DNA from: an uncultured Chloroflexia bacterium
GTDB lineage: Bacteria; Chloroflexota; Anaerolineae; JAAYZQ01
DNA: 64,000 nt
Assembly: GCA_963700285.1 (NCBI GenBank)
Contig: CAVOXA010000010.1
Coordinates: forward strand, 1,536,001 to 1,600,000
Direction of reading: 5' to 3'
The first letter of the stretch is position 1. The number at the start of each line of letters is the position of its first letter. Positions 61,281 through 64,000 of this stretch are shown here, one piece after another. Below the pieces are notes generated by a model. That model was not told where the DNA came from. It did not search any database and saw only the letters and a program-made list of their open reading frames with translations. A program made the position numbers and the translations under genes.

Positions 61281-62650
61281 CTCCACCGCCTCCTGCCGCT
61301 CCCGTTGCCGTTCCCATTGGACCCCGTGCTCTCCTCCTGTTCCTCCTCTTCGACCATGACGGGAAGACGTCGCTGGACGCGAACCTTCTGGATGCGTCGC
61401 CCGGCCACCGACTCTACCGTGAAATCCAAATCCCGATAGGTGACCCGATTGCCCACCGCGGGCACCCGGCCCAGCTCGGCATAGATAAAGCCGCCCAACG
61501 TATCGCTGTCCTCCGTGGGCAGCTCAACATTCATCAAGCGGTTCAGATCGTCAAGGTCCATGCGCGCGTTCAAGATGTACTCGTCTTCGCTGATATACTC
61601 AAAGACCGGCTCCTCAGTATCATATTCATCCTGGATCTCGCCGACGATCTCCTCCAGCAGATCCTCGATGGTTACCAGCCCGGCCATGCCGCCATACTCA
61701 TCCACCACGATGGCCATGTGCACCCGTCGCTGCTGGAGATCGGGCAGCAGGTCGCTTGCCCGTTTACTCTCGGGAATAAAGTAGGCATCTCGCAGTATGC
61801 CGCTGAGTGGCGTGCCGTTTGAACCATCCCGCAGATAGGGCAGCAGATCCTTGGCATAGAGGACGCCCTTGATGTCGTCAATGGTCTCCTTGTAGACCGG
61901 GATACGCGAGTGCCCCGACTCCTTGATGGCATCCAGGGCTTCTACCATCGGCGTGCTGACATCCAGAGCGACCACGTCGATGCGGGGCACCATGACCTCA
62001 CGAACCAGGGTATCTCCCAGTTCAAAGATAGAGTAGATCATCTCCTTCTCTTCCTCCTGGATGACCCCCTCCTCTTCGCCTGCATCCACGAGGGTTTTGA
62101 TCTCCTCCTCGGTGACGAAAGGCATATCGCCCCGCTTTTCCGCCCCGAATAATCGGGAGATGACATTGCTGAGCCAGACCATTAAATGGACAATGGGCAT
62201 GGCCACGTACGAGATGACGGCCAGAGGCCGGGCCAGCGCCAGGGCCAGTTTCTCACTATGCTGCATGGCGATAGTCTCAGGAACCAACTCGCCTAGGATC
62301 AACATGACGATGGCCGCCAGAAATACGACCACGACAAAGGCCACGGCATCACTTGCCCCGCCCAACCAGGGCCGCAGGAAATCTGCCAGGGGTGGAGCTG
62401 AAGCAACAGCCACCACAGCCCCGGCGAAAAAGGAAGTCAGCATCATCCCCAATTGGGTGGTGGCCAGCAAACGGCTGGCATCCTCGGCCAGGCGTTCGGC
62501 AGTACGCGCCGATCCAACTCCTTCATCGATCAGTTGCCGCAGTCGTGCCTTGCGCACGTTGATGAGGGCCGAACGAGCCATGGCCAGAAAAACATTGATG
62601 AGGAGGAGAGCCAAGAGCAAAAGTGCTTCAGGCGCAGTCACGCGATTCAT
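61277..62650 (-). CDS. Hemolysin/CNNM-family protein (DUF21 + CBS pair + CorC)
   Basis: [44 protein letters not shown]. Confidence 0.93.
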   Translation of the reverse strand: MNRVTAPEALLLLALLLINVFLAMARSALINVRKARLRQLIDEGVGSARTAERLAEDASRLLATTQLGMMLTSFFAGAVVAVASAPPLADFLRPWLGGASDAVAFVVVVFLAAIVMLILGELVPETIAMQHSEKLALALARPLAVISYVAMPIVHLMVWLSNVISRLFGAEKRGDMPFVTEEEIKTLVDAGEEEGVIQEEEKEMIYSIFELGDTLVREVMVPRIDVVALDVSTPMVEALDAIKESGHSRIPVYKETIDDIKGVLYAKDLLPYLRDGSNGTPLSGILRDAYFIPESKRASDLLPDLQQRRVHMAIVVDEYGGMAGLVTIEDLLEEIVGEIQDEYDTEEPVFEYISEDEYILNARMDLDDLNRLMNVELPTEDSDTLGGFIYAELGRVPAVGNRVTYRDLDFTVESVAGRRIQKVRVQRRLPVMVEEEEQEESTGSNGNGNGSGRRRWR

Positions 62651-63335
62651 CCTCCGTCTCTTCTATGGCCAGGCTGGGCTTGACGCGGGCTGGCACGCCG
62701 TAGGCCACGCGGCCCGGTGGTACGTCCCGGGTCACGACCGAGCCAGCTCCGGTTTTGGCCCCGGCCCCTACCTCTACGGGGGCGACCAGCAGGGAATCAC
62801 TGCCGATAAAAGCCCCTTCGCCAATGGTGGTCCGGTTCTTGTTCTTGCCATCATAATTGCAGGTGATCGTCCCGGCTCCGATGTTGACCTTGGCCCCCAC
62901 GGTTGCATCACCCAGGTAGCTCATGTGCCCCATGGCCACTCCGGGCCCCAAGTAGGAGTTTTTCACCTCACCAAAGTTGCCCATGTGCACGCCCGGACCC
63001 AGGTGCGCACCCTTGCGCAAGTGTCCAAAGGGCCCGATGTCACTGTCTTCTTCCATGATCGCCCCTTCAACCACGGACATCTCTACCTTGCAGCGGTCGC
63101 CGATGCTCGAATCTCGGATCACCGAACCCGGACCGATGGTACACGCCTGGCCGATGCGCGTCCTACCCTGCAAAATGGTATTGGGCCAGACAATCGTATC
63201 GCGGCCGATCTCCACACCTGCCTCGATATAAGTTGCCTCTGGATGCACCAGGGTCACGCCCGCCCGCATGTGTCCTTCGTTGATGCGGCGTCGTTCCTCG
63301 GCCCTGTCTTGGGCCAGCTCAAACTGATCCTCCAC
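62628..63335 (-). CDS. GlmU C-terminal acetyltransferase (left-handed beta-helix) without the uridyltransferase domain
   Basis: MRAGVTLVHP, IGPFGHLR, GNFGEVKNS, HMSYLGDA, NIGAGTITCNYDG, FIGSDSLLVAPV. Start GTG 63335 after GGAGGTG. Confidence 0.82.
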   Translation of the reverse strand: MEDQFELAQDRAEERRRINEGHMRAGVTLVHPEATYIEAGVEIGRDTIVWPNTILQGRTRIGQACTIGPGSVIRDSSIGDRCKVEMSVVEGAIMEEDSDIGPFGHLRKGAHLGPGVHMGNFGEVKNSYLGPGVAMGHMSYLGDATVGAKVNIGAGTITCNYDGKNKNRTTIGEGAFIGSDSLLVAPVEVGAGAKTGAGSVVTRDVPPGRVAYGVPARVKPSLAIEETEDESRDCA

Positions 63336-63804
63336 CTCTAACACCTCCAACCGATCGGCACTGGACGATTTAAGCAGGATTCGTCCCTGGGCAACACAAA
63401 GCGACCAAAACAAGCCTCACACCCTCCGGATGCAAAGTTTTGCTTTGGTCGCCTGCAAAGATGTCTATTGTTTTGAGAATGAGGGTCGGGTCCCTCAGAG
63501 GGTTGCTCGTCCATCCATGCCTGGCCCGATTGGGCCTGATTTTCGAAAAGCCAGCTTAACAATTTGTTCCAACATTCGCCATTCTAACACAGGCAATGAA
63601 TTTAGGCAAATGCCCCGCCGCGTGGAAATCTGGATTTTGGGACACTTTGCCAGTGCAGACGTGGTTCAGTTTGGCGCGCAAGGCGAAATCGGCTATAATC
63701 TATTGCGGCCAAGGATCTGGATATCGCATCCACCATCCCGAGCGTAGCGACTGGCCACCATACAGGCTTTCCCATCAGGACCCAAAAGTAGCGAGGTCGC
63801 AGCC

Positions 63805-64000
63805 ATGAAACGGATCGGACTCTTGCACCACCCCAAACTGCCCGCCACCCAGCCACTGGCCGAGACAATGGCCCGCCAGGCGGAGGTCCTCGGCCTGGCG
63901 ACCTGGATCGGCTCTACCTGGGACGTCAGCGCCGTGACCGCGGAAGTAGCCAGCCTGGACCTGCTGGTTACGCTGGGCGGGGACGGCTCTATCCTGCGAG
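63805..64000 (+). CDS. nadK: NAD(+) kinase, 3'-partial
   Basis: Own translation: MKRIGLLHHPKL...DLLVTLGGDGSILR (GGDG motif); runs off the end of the window. Confidence 0.85.
   Translation, partial: MKRIGLLHHPKLPATQPLAETMARQAEVLGLATWIGSTWDVSAVTAEVASLDLLVTLGGDGSILR

Overview
GC-rich bacterial chromosome segment. Gene content (DUF2298/YYY and TIGR03663 membrane proteins, C-terminal YLP-motif secreted proteins, Gram-positive-type LexA box) suggests Chloroflexota, probably Anaerolineae; this is an inference. Many genes carry single-base indels, most likely long-read consensus errors, so split ORFs were rejoined by reading across frames. In order: a hybrid ABC-importer operon with a three-domain substrate-binding polyprotein and a WD40-fused amino-acid permease; amidohydrolase; Hsp20; a small membrane gene with a LexA box; APC-USP transporter; multidomain glycoside hydrolase; tRNA-Val(UAC); a ~17 kb GT-C-type glycosylation cluster with an ECF sigma/anti-sigma pair and ugd; a tandem array of two-gene cassettes (small YLP-tailed secreted protein plus phage-tail-fibre-like protein); two giant paralogous FG-GAP/lectin proteins with paired beta-hairpin segments; a DUF333-TolB lipoprotein; a MalT/NhaP chimera; a holin-family/ABC1-kinase pair; a minus-strand glmU(C-half)-CNNM-cdd-EEP operon; and the start of NAD kinase. 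The best candidates for undescribed biology are the small-adaptor/fibre cassette with its shared YLP tail, the multi-SBP/WD40 ABC importer, the lectin-bearing putative beta-pore proteins, and the LexA-boxed small membrane gene.
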